Under the pieces are notes generated by a model, which was given only the letters and a program-made list of their open reading frames with translations, did no database searches and was not told the DNA's origin. DNA of 64,000 bases from Eledone cirrhosa (Eukaryota), in the NCBI GenBank assembly GCA_964016885.1, contig OZ024740.1, positions 245,954,001 to 246,018,000 of the forward strand. The letters run 5' to 3'. Of the stretch, positions 11,420 to 26,009 are shown piece by piece. The first letter of the stretch is position 1; each line of letters starts with the position of its first letter. Made by a program: the position numbers and the translations under genes.

Positions 11420-12800
11420 ACTGGTTGTTAAAACCTGTCTCCCTGACCACACATATCAGTAAAGTCATGGAACAAATCTTCAGAAAGAAACTGATCACGT
11501 TTCTCAAGGAAAATGAATGCCTAACTAACACTCAGCATGGCTTTCGCCCAGGAAGAAGCTGCCTTACACAGCTTTTACAACACTACAACTGAGTATTGAA
11601 ACAGCCACTGAACCACTTAAATGTGGGTTGTGATATCTCGACTTTGTGAAGGCCTTCAACAAGATCGACCATGGAATATGTCACAAACTACACAGATTTG
11701 GAATAATTGGAAACTTAGGTGAGTGGCTGCATGACTTCTTAAACGACAGAAGCCAGACTGTTGCAGCCAACAGAGCCTTCTCAAAAGGACCGCTACTGTT
11801 TTTGGTGGCTCTTTCAGACATGCTCTCTGTAGTATATACAGCATCCCTCACTTGCTAAGCTGATGACAAAGGTAGCACAGGCAATCAAGGACCCAGCTGA
11901 TGCTACTCTTTTACAAGATCTGGATGCCATATACAAATGGGCTGAAGATAACAACATGCAATTTAATGCTTGAAATGTCAAGCCCTACAATATCAACCTG
12001 CAAACACAAGGACAGTACAACAAAGCTAGAGTGGACTAGGAGGGATCGAAATCCCAGTGTCAAAATCAATATGAGACCTGGGTATAAACATGAGCGATGA
12101 TGCATCATTTCATTCACACATCATGAAAATGGCGACAATGTGCAGACAACTCGCTGGCTGGATCTTGAGGACTTTCATCAGAAGAGACCGAAAAACCATG
12201 TTGGTACTATGAAGGACATATGCCCTAAATCGACTGGACTGCTGCTCCCAGCTGTGGTCACCTCATAGTATCAAACTAACCACAGAGCTTGAGGCAATCC
12301 AACAAAGCTACACCAAAAAGATTGCCATGATGAAGATGAGCTACTGGGAAAGGCTAAAAGAACTCATAATCTACTCCGTGGAACGAAGGCAGAAGAGGTA
12401 CGCAGTGATATAAATATGGAAGATCCTGGAAGGACTAGCAGCAAACTTTGGCATTGAGAGCTGAACCAACCCTCAAACAGGACGCCACAGTGTAGTGCAT
12501 CTAGAGTAAGGAGCAGATATTGCAATAGCCTGGGGTTCAAAGGCCCCCAACTCTTTAATAAGCTGCCAAGAAACTTGAGAAATCCGCATGGTATGGATGT
12601 GGATGTTTGCAAGAAACATCTTGACACTCTGCTAGCCAAGATCCCAGATGAACCCATAGCACAGAATGAGGTAACCTAAGGGCAGTAACAAACTCCCTCC
12701 TACATCAATGGCAAGCCAACACAGGCGGGATATAGAAAGTGAAGCAACAAAGGCGGTGCCCCAGCATGGCCTCAGCTGGATTGCTGGAACAGGTAAAAGA
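11420..12800 (+). pseudogene. Decayed CR1/L2-group LINE RT
   Basis: QHGFRPGRSCLTQLL, DFVKAFNKIDHG, ADD and CSQLWSP remnants with stops and frameshifts. Confidence 0.85.
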
Positions 12801-12990
12801 GTATATTTATACTATAGGTTGTGATTTTCAACCTATACTAGATTTCTCGGTCATTTTAAACTTTAATAGACTTTTAGCAAAAAATCTCCCTACTAATAAC
12901 AAACTAAATAAGAAGTATGCCAGATAAGGTGGCTTTTAACAAAACAAGGAAATGAATCTATATTAGATTTCTATCTCCATTTCATTTCCC

Positions 12991-15800
12991 CTAGAACTTT
13001 GGTACTCCGTAACTTCCATCAATTTTGATCGCTCTGCACTTTTTTATACAACTGTCGTCTTCCATGCGCATCACGTGACCATACCAACGTAGTCTTCTCT
13101 CGAGTAAATAGCATCTGGTCCCTCTTATTCCTAATTTCTCACTTAGTTCATTTATGCTTTGCAGTTCACGTATATTACTATTACACATCCAACGGAGCAT
13201 GCAAGCTTCGTTCTTCTGCACACAATGCCCAAGTCTCACTGCCATGTAACATTGCTGTTCGTATGCAGGCATCATACAGCCTGCCTTTCATTTTTAGAGA
13301 ACCCTTTAGCAGCCAATAGTGGTATAAGCTCTCTGAACCTTTTCCATCCTGTTCTGACTCTGGCTACTGTATTTTCAGAGCACCCTCCACCACTGCTGAT
13401 TTTGTCACCCAGGTAACAAAGGTGTCCACTATTTCTATAGAACCATTTGGGAAATGGAAGGAGCTAGTATCCTGTGGGCACTTGTTACTTATTGCACCAG
13501 AGTACCGCCCACATATAAAATCTATGTTCTTAGTTAGCTTACCTGTGATGCCACTACATCTTTTATGCACCCATACTTTGCATTTGGGACATAAAATGGA
13601 GTTTCTGCCTGCTCCTTTCTACACACTGAGCATGGCCATTTCCCAGAGGGGACCAGTGCCCTATTTTCCTTGCTGCATTCTAGAACTCTAGACTTAGACA
13701 AGTTAATTTTAAGGCCTTTTGATTCTAGGCCATGCTTCCATGTTTGGAATTTCTACATATAGAAGTTGCCATGGGCAGCCGGTCTTGAACTCCTGTTATA
13801 GCCTGAAGGGCAATAATAAATAGGAGGGGGCTATGGACAGAGCCTTGATGAACACCAACTTTTACACTAAATTCTTCACTATATTCATTGTTAATACTAA
13901 CCTTGCTGACTGTTTCTTTATACATGGCTTGTATAGCTCTCACAAGCCATTCATCAACACTTAGTTTTCTAAGAGCCCACCAGCTAATGGAGCGGGGGAC
14001 TCTGTCAAAGGCTTTCTCCAAGTCAACAAAAGCTAAGTATAGGGGTTTACCTTTAGCTAGGTACTTCTGTAGTTGTCGTACAAGGAAAAGAGCGTCTGTG
14101 GTACTTTTACCTGACACAAACCCAAACTGCATTTCATCTAGATCAATTCGCTCTCTGATTAGTTGCGCTATAACTCTTTCTGTGACCTTCATGACCTGGA
14201 CAATTAATTTAATGCCTCTATAGTTTCCCCTATCTAGGGCATCTCCTTTACCCTTTGGTATGACTTGGTTTATTATCCGGGTGACCATAGTGTGCCCCAC
14301 CGATCCAGATGCTTTCAGCATTTCAGCAACTATCTCTGAAGGCCCAGCTGCTTTGCCTGTCTTCATATCTTTGATTGCCTTACTTATTATATTATTCTCT
14401 TCATTTAGTAGCCTCTTGTAGTAACACTTCCAAGCTACCTTCTTATCAGCATCAGTGATGGCAAGTATACCATCATCATTACGGACACACTTCTCCCCGA
14501 CAATATCACGGTTTTCCTTGACACATTGTCTAGCAATCCTGAACACCTCACGTTTTTGGTCCTCGCATTGTAGAACATGCTTGAACTTTCTTTCCTCTGC
14601 TACCCTTATTGCAAAGTAGACTTGTCTCCTAGCCATTTGATAGTGTTCTCTACTTCCCCCATCCCACCATACTTTCCAAGCTTGCTTTTTGGCTTTGACT
14701 GACTCCTCCACCTTACTGTTCCACTACCAAGTTACTCTCCTCCTGCCTATAGGTCTGCTCCAGCCACAGATTTCATCTGTCGCCTTCAGCAGGTTAACTT
14801 TCAGGAATTCCCACTGTTCCTCTACACCGTACGTCTCTAATTGCTCTTCCTTACTGTCAAAAGCATCAAGTAATATGCTTTTAAATTTGTTACTGGCTGT
14901 GGGGTCCTTTAACTTCCATATTCTTCTTCTCAAGGTGGTCCTCCTCTGTTGTCGAGTATGTCTCGTCCTGACTATGAGGCTATGTTGGGAGGTGCATTCT
15001 TCACAGAGGAGGGATTTAGTGTTTACAACAGACATTCTGTCACGTCTTCTGGTAAGGATATAATCTATCTGACTGGCGTGTTCCCCCTGATCTATAGGTG
15101 ATCAAGTGATTGTCTCGTTTTTTGAAGTTTGTGTTACAGATAGTTAGGTTATTAGCGTCACAGAATTCCAGGATTCTGAAGCCTCCCTCATTTCTGGTAC
15201 CAAACCCATAGCCTCCATGGATTCCGTCATAGCCGTCACAATGTTGTCCAACATGACCATTTAGGTCGCCATCAATAATTATGTAGTCACTGTCGGTTAG
15301 TTAGGAGGTAGTGAGCATTAGCGACTCATAGAATCTGTCTTTTATAACTCCAGGCAGTCCAGATGGGGGTGCGTAAGCAGATATTATTGTCACAGTAGTT
15401 CTATTTAGGACAAGTCTTATTTTGATTATTGTCATTCACTCTATTTACGTCAATTACCTTATCTACCCATTTTCCTGCTCACATAATTCCTACTCCACCC
15501 AAGCCATTTTCATTTCTCACCCAGAAAAGTTTATAGCATTGTTTTTTACCCACAATGAATCTAGCAGACCCACCCCTCCACTTAATCTCGTGGACGCATC
15601 AAGCATCTCTACAACCTCGTTAGAGCGACCTTTTAAAGTGCCTACTACATTCATGGTACCAACTCTGAAGTTTTGGATTTCGTTTCGTGAGTGGAAGAGA
15701 TGGGTTGGAGGTGCAGGGAGGGGTGAGGGAGATGAGGTTATGTTAGCCATCCGTGTCTGAAATAAAGAGGTGTCCTTGCATTCTCGTCCGGCAACATGAG
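12991..15800 (-). mobile_element. Near full-length decayed RTE-clade LINE
   Basis: APE start (TMNVVGTLKGRS, AYAP, GDLNGHVG), RT (NYRGIKL, QFGF, FVDLEKAFDRVPR, GVHQGS), PHD-like insert (HKRCSGITG), RLRWYGHVMR. Confidence 0.92.
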
Positions 15801-15868
15801 GTGAATTTATCTTTATATATTTATCTATATATATTTATTTTTATATATTTATCTACATATATATATAT

Positions 15869-17967
15869 ATCATCATTCCACGTCCGCTCTTCCCTGCTTG
15901 CAAGGGTGGGACGGGTCTTATTCAGCACAGCATCTCTCCACTTGTCACGGTCCTTCGTTATCTCCAACGTGAGCTTCAGCGATCTGAGGTCTGTTCTCAC
16001 CACCTCCACCCATGTTTTTCGTGGTCTACCTCTACAGCGTCTTCCCTCCACTGGGAATTCCTGGCACTTCTTCACTCATCGGTCATCCTCCATGCGCATC
16101 ACATGTCCATACCACCTCAGTCTCCTCTTCCGTACACTACATTCTATTCCTCTCAGACAGTTTCTCTCTCAACACATTCATGCTGGGTCGTTCATGCACA
16201 TTGACACTGCACATCCAACGGAGCATGCTTGCCTCATTTCTCTTCAGTCGTCGCATATCCTCTGCAGTTGATGCTCATGTCTCACTACCATGCAGCATCG
16301 CGCACCTCACACAGGCATCATATAACCGGCCTTTCGTACGCAGGGAGAAACCTTTCTTCGTCAGCAGAGGAAGCAGCTCCCTAAACTTCTTCCAGCCCAT
16401 CCTTATTCTAGCTACTATGGCCCTCGGAACCCCCCCCCCTCCCATGCTAATCTGATCTCCTAGGTACCGGAAGCTATCCACCACTTCTATAGCACCCGCC
16501 TGCACTTGAAAAATGTGTCTATCAATGCGACTTCTACTGTCTAATTTCCCTGTACATCTACTGCATACATATTTCTCCATACCTGTTAGTTTGCCTGCTA
16601 TCCCGCTACATCTCTTGTGTACCCAGGATCTGCATTGTGTGCATTTTATAGAATTTATGCCAGTTCCTTTTCTGCATATCAAACATGGCCATTTTCCTCA
16701 CGGAATCAGAGTTTTGTCCTCTTTTCTACTCATCAACACTTTTGTCTTAGCTAGGTTCACTCTCAGTCCTCTTGCTTCCAACTGCTGTTTCCATAGCCAG
16801 AATTTATTCTCTAGCTCCTCCACTGATTCTGCTATAAGAACCAGATCGCCAGCATAGAGAAGTTCCCATGGACAGCCAGTCTTAAACTCCTCTGTTATGG
16901 CTTGGAGGACTATAATGAACAAGAGTGGGCTGAGGACCGAACCTTGATGTACTCCTACTTGTATCTGGAATCCTCACTAAACTCCATTCCTACCCTGACT
17001 TTACTGACAGTACCTCTGTACAAGGTTTGCAGTCCTCACAAGCCATTCCTCAACATCTAGTCTCCTTAGGGACCACCAGATGACAGATCGAGGTACCCTA
17101 TCAAAGGCCTTCTCTAGGTCAACAAAGGCTAAGTATAGTGGCTTATTTTTCTCTAAGAACCTCTCTTGCAATTGTCTCACCAAGAAGAGGGCATCTGTTG
17201 TACTCTTCCCAGGCACAAAACCAAACTGCATCTCATCTAGTTTGACCCTTTCTCTAATTAGTTGTGCTAATATCCTTTCTGCCACTTTCATAACCTGATC
17301 CATCAGTTTTATACCCCTATAATTGCTCCTCTCCAGAGCATCCCCATTACCTTTGTAGCAATTTATGAGAATACTGCTGCACCAGTCTTTGGGTATGACA
17401 CCACCATATATAGCCTGATTGATGATGCGTGCAACCAGTTTAGTGCTTACGCCCCCTGATGCCTTCAGCATCTCAGCAACTATTCCCGATGGTCCAGTAG
17501 CCTTACCATTTTTCATTTCCTTAATCGCCTCTTGGACCCTATATTTGTCAATCTCAATAGCTGGTCTCTCTGTCGGATCTACTGAGGGTAATTTCTCTCT
17601 CCCATTCGTTCTCCACATTCATCAGTCTCTCATAATGACATTTCCAGGCCTCCTTTTTCTGATCATTCGTGACACTAAGTACACAGGCATCATTCCGGAC
17701 ACATTTATCTCCAACATCCTGATTTGCATTGACACACTGCCTTGCTATGTGGAACACCGCACGCCTCTGATCTTCCCGTCGCAGAACATTGGCAAACCTC
17801 CTACTCTCAACCTCCCTGTGTGCTAAGTACACCTGACGTCTAGCTTCTCTCTTAGCGGCTGTATATTCTTCCCTACTCTCACCCTTTTTTCCAAGCCTTC
17901 TATGCTAGTCTTTTGTCTTTAATGGCCTTATCTACGGTGCTGTTCCACCACCAGGTCACTCTCTGTC
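15869..17967 (-). mobile_element. 5'-truncated RTE-clade LINE with intact 3' end
   Basis: RT motifs in ORFs 17001-17618, 16698-16922 and 16275-16682. C-terminal RGRPRKTW and (GAT)n tail at about 15869. Confidence 0.92.
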
Positions 17968-20575
17968 TATATATAAATATATCCCGTGGTGTAAGTCTAC
18001 AACAGAATCTACAATGGCTGAAAACATCCTCAGCCGATTTTAAATTACTGCTGTATCATGGAAACTGGATAGCATAGCGCTTCTCTCATCTTTATCAGGA
18101 TCTATATTGGAAAACCTCAATATAACTATACATACATAGATAGATAGATAAATAGATATTAATATATATATATATATAACCATTGCTTTTGGTGTTATTG
18201 CTTGTAGATGCTGTGCCCAATGCTAGCTAAACTCTCCTAGGAAACTGAATTGGTGACAGTATTCATGAGTGTGTGTGTGAGTGATATGTATATAAATTTA
18301 GTTACACTCACCACATTCTGCTTTTCACCAGTAACATTTCTTTTATTCCTTAGAGAATTATTTGACCAACTGTTTTTGTTAATTGCTTTATTTATTTGTT
18401 TGTTATTTTTAATTTGTTTTCATTCTCTAAGACTTAAGTTTTGACAATTATCAATGTTTTAAATAAAATGTTATTCAATATTCTATATTTAAATTTTTTT
18501 GACTTTTTAGACCCCCCAAAAATTTTGATTTGCTATTTTTGATCAAAATAATTTTTTCTGTCATTTCTAAGCCATTTGAAACTTCCATAGACTAAGACTT
18601 TTTAGCAAAAAATTGCCCTACAAACTAAATAAGAACTATGCCAGATAAAGTGGCTTTTAACAAAACAAGGAAGTGAACAGATTACATTCTTGGTGAGAAA
18701 AAAGGGGTAAGTTGCAGCGTTCGTACCTTTACCAAAGCTATTATTGATATAAATCGAATGCTGTTGTTTAGCCCGAGCAGACCTATGATTAAAAGCATTC
18801 AAGCTGAGGCTCATTAGCTCGGAGCTTTCCAGTTTCACTGTTAAGCGACCAAGGGTACAAAACTCCATCACCGAGTTAGCTCACAGGTACTGCTGGTGCT
18901 CATTTTCAGTTGAATTGACTAAACTAACGTGTAATGCAGTATTTTGCTCAAGAACACAACACACCGCCCGGTCCGGAAATCGAACCTACGACGTTATAAT
19001 CCTAAGTCCAAATCCCTAACCAGTTGACCGCTAGCCTTCATGAGTATATTCTAGATGAGTGCAGTACACCCAACACAGTTCGTAAATAGTCTTTATAAAG
19101 TATCATGACACAATGAGTAACAGATTTAATCCGTCACCCGAATTAACACCATCTTCTCATTGAGTACCTTTAGCAGAGTCCAAATCGCCCGTCTCAGAGG
19201 CCCTATAAAGGTTCATGGGCAATGATTTTCTCTCCTTGCTCGTAATTTTCTTTCAAATCTAATAATACATACCAAGAAACAAAGATTATGTCAGTTTGAA
19301 GTCGCATCATAGAAATAGACTTCGTTTGTATATTTATTTTTGAGTAATAATTATTATATAATTGGTCTAGTGCTACTCAATGTATATAACTATATTATCT
19401 AAACTCATCTTTCTTAAGATGATATGGTGTGGTTTTGAAGATTTGGTTGTTATTTCTAGTAGGTAGTAACATTCAAAGTTTACTCGGTTGAAGTAATTTT
19501 CTTTTATGATAAATGCAACAATAAGGTGGTGGGATGTAGACTCGAGTCACCGCCCCGCCACCACTCACAACCTTTTTGTTTTTGTGATTTTCTTTTTGAA
19601 ACGAAGAAAGTTTATTATAAACGAGAGAGAAAAGACGGCGAGAGAAAGAGAAAAAAAAGGAGGGGGGGGGGGATACAATTATCTAACTTATTGTGAAATA
19701 TTGTTTAAATATGAACAATAGCAACAATAACAGAACTCATTTTTTATTTGCCCATAAATGGATCGATCGATGATGCTAGTGCAGCGCAATTTTGTCTTTA
19801 AAAAATAAATCATAAGAAAATATACAATAAAAACAAGGCTGCCGTTGTTATTTAGCTACATGTCAATCCCGACATTTAGCAGGTTTATAATCAAAAGTCA
19901 TTCCACCCATGACCACCTTGTTGATTTTTTTGGCTATGTAGGACTGCATTATCTCGCTAGCTAGTAAAAAAAAGGTTTTTACTTTTTGTTTAGCCCCATG
20001 GTCAAACATGACTGATTAGTCTTTATCCAATGCATATCTTTTCCCAAGAAGCTAGAGTAAGATTTGAAGATTTGGCTGCTATTTCTAACATGTCGAGCGA
20101 TCAGAAAGAGTTGCCCTTCATGTTTTAAGAAGACAGTGTGATTGAAAGGAAACTTGGCTGCTAATTATAGCAGAGTAGAGGCTCGCATGTTTGCACGTTG
20201 TTCTAGAAACAACTAGATTGTAGAAAGGCGGGTTTCAGAAGGTTTTTGATTGAAAGAACCCCTTATCTGTGTAAGTTGTCATGTATCGAGGTTCATCCTT
20301 AAACAGAGAAGAATGCCACGTTAACTATATTTTAGAAATTGTCAAGATAGGTAAAAGTTAATGTAGGTAAGCCTATGCAAGAATGAGCGTGTGTGTTTAT
20401 AGAACATCTATATATAGTTGTACTTCCATATATAATACACACGCGCACATATGGGCGCATTTGATCTTGAGTGAGAGAGAAAACTAATATTAAAAACAAA
20501 AAATATATAAATATTAAAATAGCATGAATATGGATTATTAGATAAGTTTCTAATTAAATAGAGATATGAACTCAC

Positions 20576-20690
20576 CATTCTACAAATGTAGATCGAATTC
20601 AGACGGTTAGTTCACGGAAAGAATAACAAATAACGGCGGGACATTGGAACATTTTAGCTCTTCGCACAGCCGCCATTTTGTAATTGACTA
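20576..20690 (-). promoter_or_regulatory. Probable host-gene first exon with YY1 motif and splice donor
   Basis: Minus strand AAAATGGCGG (20670-20679), then 5'UTR-like unique sequence with several CpGs, ending ATG|GTGAGT (donor 20570-20575). Confidence 0.5.
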
Positions 20691-21983
20691 GTTGAAACGC
20701 AATATGTGTCAAGGGCGATAACTTAGTACTTCAACGAGTGAGCTACTTTAAATGACCGGGAAAAATATTAAATAAGGACACCTGTTGAATGAAAAAACCT
20801 AATAGAAATGTGGGTGATAGTATACTTGATGTTTAAGTGAAAATCCTTCTCGAATCTAAAAGCTCATCAGTCGGAGACCTATGTGAGATTCATGTGGCGT
20901 AAAGCGACAGAGATTACAAGACTTCATTAGATAGAATGCAACATGACAGATTGCCTTGCTGAAGGACACGGATACAACATGACCGATTGTCTTGCTTAAG
21001 AACAGTGCATTGTTCGGTCCATGGATCGAAACTACAACTTTATGATGGTGAGTCTAACAGCATAACCTCTGGGTCACACTCCTTCACATGTTTGATGTAG
21101 TACACCAGAAAATTTCAACCTATATATGTATAGCGAGGATTTGTGGGTCGTGTGGGTAGTTGATTGTGTTGTGGTGTTGATTCGTTTGTTGCGTGCGTGC
21201 TCACTTGTAGCTTGCTGTGTGGTGTGGTCACTGTTGTGTGATAGTGTGACCAGAGGTTGCATGTGTGCAAGTAAGTAAGTGTTCAATAAGATGATGGTGA
21301 TATGATAGTTCCTTGATCACGCAGAAAATTAATATATATAAAAGAAACACGATAACACCAAACCGCTATATTATTCATTTATTGAAAATAGCTCACGCCG
21401 AAGCTGTACAAAAAATACACAAGAATTATGGACGTTATTTGTTTGTTTGTAAAAGTAGAGTTAAAGTCGTATTTACCAAGAAAACTTCATGAACTTTACT
21501 GGCTTGGTTGAGAGAGTAAGAGGAAGTAAGAGCCACTGAGACCCAAAGGGTCTGTGGAAAGCAAATATTTACATGTTTACTCAAGAATCGCTCCGAATTG
21601 TCTGGCCTGATCTAAGGCAGGCTATTTATCTATGTCGCTTCCTCTGTCTCCGAGACTTGAGAACAAAGGGCTGACCTTTCGAGATTGTCCCATCTCAGAC
21701 CTGTTGACGCCTGAAAGGAGATGACCGTTAAATGATGTCACCCAGGAGTCAATGTGTGGACAGATTTCGCTACCTATGTAGGTTGTTCAAGAGTGGGAAC
21801 ACCCAGAAATCTTCATATATTATGCGCGAACGGTAAAACGAAGAATCTGGTGTATTTGGAAGAAATTTTACTGTTTTCTTTTCTTTCTCACACACACACA
21901 CCACGGCCTCGTCTCATACTGTAAACCAGACAACGCAGCCAATACAGTCGTTTTCTCTTTTATCCGTCTTCTCTTATCATGTT

Positions 21984-22012
21984 TACCCGGGTGAAGCTGG
22001 GTAGTCAACTAG
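21984..22012 (+). mobile_element. Helitron-like 3' terminus (5' boundary unresolved)
   Basis: Hairpin TACCCGG-GTGAAG-CTGGGTA, then GTCAA-CTAG|T. Confidence 0.55.
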
Positions 22013-22366
22013 TTCAACAATAAAGCATGACTAGAACGGCGCCCCCGGGCCACATTCCTGCTCACTGCTATCGGAGCGGAGTTGGCTGTTCCTCGCCGTC
22101 CTCCTGGGATATGTAATATCCATCCTGTCGGCCGAAACCAAGAGGCAGAGGGTAAATTAGTTGGAGGTAGAGGAAACACGTTCGGACGTCACACATACTC
22201 AGCCACATACATATAAAGAGTGAAAACTAAAGTAGAGCAAAGTAATTCAACAATACGGTGACGTCATAATAACAAATTCAATATCGTTAATTATTGCTCA
22301 ACAGTATTGAAACTGTTATTAATCTCCACCGACATAATCAATCTAAACATTATTTGTACATACATG

Positions 22367-22551
22367 GGGTGGTGAATTGGCAGTATCGGTAGAGGGTTCG
22401 ACGCCATGCTTTCTAGTATAGTTACGCCCCTTTGCGAACTGAGTTCAAATCCGGCCGATTTTAACTTTGCCTTTCATCCTTACGTGGTCAATAAAATAAA
22501 GTACCAGTAATGTACTGAAATAATTGGTGGCGTTAGCCAAAAGTAGAAACA
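22367..22551 (+). mobile_element. SINE A with 18-bp TSD
   Basis: ATTATTTGTACATACATG (22349-22366) and ATTATTTGTACGTACATG (22552-22569). Confidence 0.9.
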
Positions 22552-25336
22552 ATTATTTGTACGTACATGATTAACAAATATTTTACTGGCAGTAGCGATG
22601 GGTTTTTAATAGATCATATAAAAGAAAAACGTGTATAAAAAAAAAGAAATCAAAAGGGAAAAAGTGAGAGATGGTACGCAGACTCAATCACACACCACAA
22701 AAGGCGCTGGAGTTAATAATTTTCTACACGCGGAGTTGGTGAGAAACTATATTCAACTTCTGAAGGTGGTGGACGAGGGAATAAATGGGGGGAGGGGGTG
22801 TTTCGCTTTAACTATATAAAATAGCTGACACTAAAATAATCGGGAAAGGAAACACTGAACAATAAAATATTACTGAGTAAAACGTTGAAGTCTTATCTTT
22901 GCTTTGGGAAAGATTCTTTTTCAGACACTTATATCCAACTATTTCACTTTTAAGGGCTAATTTATTTGCGGGCGGCAATTGACTGCAGTCTTTTGTTGGT
23001 CGATATGGGAAAGTATTCACAAATAAATCATTCAGAAACTTTTTCAGTTTATCGATTTAAAAAAATTCAAGAGGCGAAAATTTACAACGAAGATGTAGAT
23101 ACCTTTCATTGCTATTTCATATTCCTAGAGCGAAATACCATTTTTACGTTCAGAGTTAAAATATTTTGCATTTCATCGCTCCGGAGTCGATAGAAATAAA
23201 TAGCATTGAAATACAGGAATATATTTTTACTCAACTACAGTAATTTTTTAAAATGTTGTATTGCAATACGCTATCTATAAATGTTTTTATCAATTACATT
23301 AATACTCCCACTATTTTTTTTTTTATTAAAGATTTTGATATTGTGATTATCAGATGTCATGATTTTAATATGTGATTAATAGATTTTGATGTTATTTCAA
23401 AATGTTGTTAACAAATAAAACATCCAAATTTGATAAAAGTTGATGCACAGCTTGACTCACTTTTTCTCAAGATATTTCTGTACAGCTTCAGATTGTTCTG
23501 TATCTGTATTTCATTTATAAATGTATATTTTATTTCACTTCATTTTTTTCTTCTCTTCTCTATCTTGAAGATACCGAAAACAGAACCGAAGCTCACAATA
23601 GAGGTTAAAAAAAAAAAAAAAAGCAAGCTGAAACCTTGTAGAACGATTTTGTATAGATTGGAATGATTTTAATAGATTGGAAAGATCGTGAAAGTGTCTG
23701 ACAAAATGCATTGTGGAATTTAGTTACTGCCCTTTACGTTCTGCTTTCATATGCAGGCAAGATAAACTTTGCATTGGGTCGATAAAATATTATACTGGAT
23801 TTAGTCTAATCCATTATACCGTCCTCAGTAATTTGTGGTCTTCTAATATTGAAAATGAGTAAGTTGTTATTCGTCTATTAAAATTCATTCAGAACAATAT
23901 TAATCGGCCGCAGTATTTAACTGGTGGACAATAAATATAGTTACAGAAATGGTTATTTAGCTAGTTATTCCCCTTGGAACGTTTCTTACTAGTTCCCTCC
24001 TCGCGTCCAGAAAATTTAATTATTTTATAGCTTCTTACATCTTTCGACAATGAATTTTGTAATTCTTTCATATAACCATTTATATTTACAGCAAAACATT
24101 ATTTTAAAAACATTTGTTGTCAATCCTTAATTAAAATTTAAAATTAACTTAATTATCATTTTTCAATCAACAATCCAATTTCTTGGCATATTCATGCGAG
24201 CATATATAAATACACGCGTATATATATATATATATAAGGTATACAGTACAGGGTTGAGCAAGACTATGTAAATGTAGACATGTCAAATTTACGTATCACA
24301 GGCAGAACAAATTAGGACCATCCTGAATCAATTTTCGGCCCTTAAAAAAATACACCACTTATGACCCTATAAAACGTGCCAAATGCAGTACTAACAATAA
24401 AATGGTGGTCCAAATTTGCATGTTATTAATGCTTATGTTGATAGTTAATTTTAGGCGAATCTTCTGTTGTGACATCTCCTTTGTGAGCTTGCCTTTACAT
24501 GCAAGTGGAATGAAACGAACACGAGGTCAAACAATATTTAAATTTCTGTCTGCCTACATGCTTCCCACTCCCGCTTGCTTCCTTCCTGAACCTTCCCCAC
24601 CCTAATTCCCAAATCCACAGCTATTCCCTGTCTTTACCATCTATGTCCACCTATGTCTTCCTCTACTCACATCCTTCATCACTTCTCCCTCGTCAAATCT
24701 ATGCCAACGTAGAAATATGTGCTCCTCGCCCCACATGGGGATCCCCCACCTCGATTTAACTTCGATGTCAACATGGAAAACTGAGTATGCCCCACAATAA
24801 ACAGCCAAGCGTAGCTCACTTTCTTCAAGGCCACCTCCATGATCAGATGCTTGCTCTCATCTTATAACACCATTCCCATCAATGCCGCTCTAGCCTAGAC
24901 ACAACGAGCACTCAAATGTTAAAATAAGGTAGTGTTGGTGCAATGATAAAATGCACTCAGACCACTCTGTAAAGTAGTAGTATTGGTGCCACGATAAAAA
25001 CACCAATTTAACCTTGTAACGTGGTAGCAATGACGTCACGCTAAAAATCACCCTGTGAAGTGGTTGGCGTTAGGAATGTTGTCAAGTCGGAGAAATCAAC
25101 CCCAAAATGGAACGTAAGCCCATGACATGCCCAGTGTAGCCTCAGAACGATATGTTAATTCAAAAATCTATGTTCAAATAGAAAAATATTAATGAAAAGG
25201 AGACACGAGCCGAGAGTAGTCATTTGACCTGCTAGAAATTTTGGAAGAAGGAGCAGTTGGATGTATCAATGTTAGTTTTCCGAAACGATTTGAATTCAGG
25301 ATTTTGCCCAACGAATCTGCCAATCAACTACTTTAT

Positions 25337-25795
25337 AATAATTGTTTCTACTTTAGGCACAAGGCCAGTAATTATACCGGTGCATTACCGGTGCTTTATT
25401 TTATCGACCCCGTAAGGATGAAAGGCAAAGTTAACCTTGGCGAGATTTGAACTCAACTACTTTATAATAATCGTTTCTACTTTTGGTACAAGGCCAGCAA
25501 ATTACCCAGTATATTACTGGTACTTTATTTTATCGACCCCGTAAGGATGAAAGGCAAAGTTAACCTCGGCGGGATTTGAACTCAGAATGGCAAGGGCCGT
25601 AACTACTACATAATTGTTTCTACTTTAGGCACAAGGACAGCAAATACCCAGTACATTACTGGTACTTTATTTTATCGACCCATAAGGATGAAAGGCAAAG
25701 TTAACCTCGGCGGGATTTGAACTCAGACTGTAAAAGGACGTAACTATGCTAGAAAGCATGGCGTCCAACCCTCTACCGATACTGCCAATTCACTA
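25337..25795 (-). mobile_element. Three head-to-tail SINE A copies (two 5'-truncated)
   Basis: The core recurs with starts at about 25337, 25467 and 25610. Confidence 0.9.
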
Positions 25796-26009
25796 CATAA
25801 TAATGAGGTAAATTTTGCTATATATAACTCCATGATCGATAACTAAAGTATCAGTATATAACTCGGATTAATTCTTGTCTCTATCTCTCTCACGCACAGT
25901 TTTTGCAATCCGTTCACAAAAGATTCATTGCCTGAAATAATGTAGTAATTAATAGATAATTTTAAATATTGTATATTATTTGTTCGGAGTAATGTGTCTC
26001 GATAGAGTG

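Noticed and set aside
13159-17826. Several plus-strand ORFs of 70-170 aa
   Set aside because: They are antisense shadows of the RTE coding sequence.
18005-18103. Hammerhead-like remnant on the minus strand (CTGATAA...AAAA...GGCTGA/TCAGCC...GTA)
   Set aside because: Both core strands are mutated, so it is too degenerate to list as a feature.
18312-18348. Possible minus-strand exon (AG...GTGAGT)
   Set aside because: Splicing to the 20576 ATG gives ATG GAA TAA. The polypyrimidine tract is weak, and the adjacent sequence is a repeat also found near 12870.
20864-20870. CTGATGA on the minus strand
   Set aside because: No stem II/GAAA/stem III arrangement follows.
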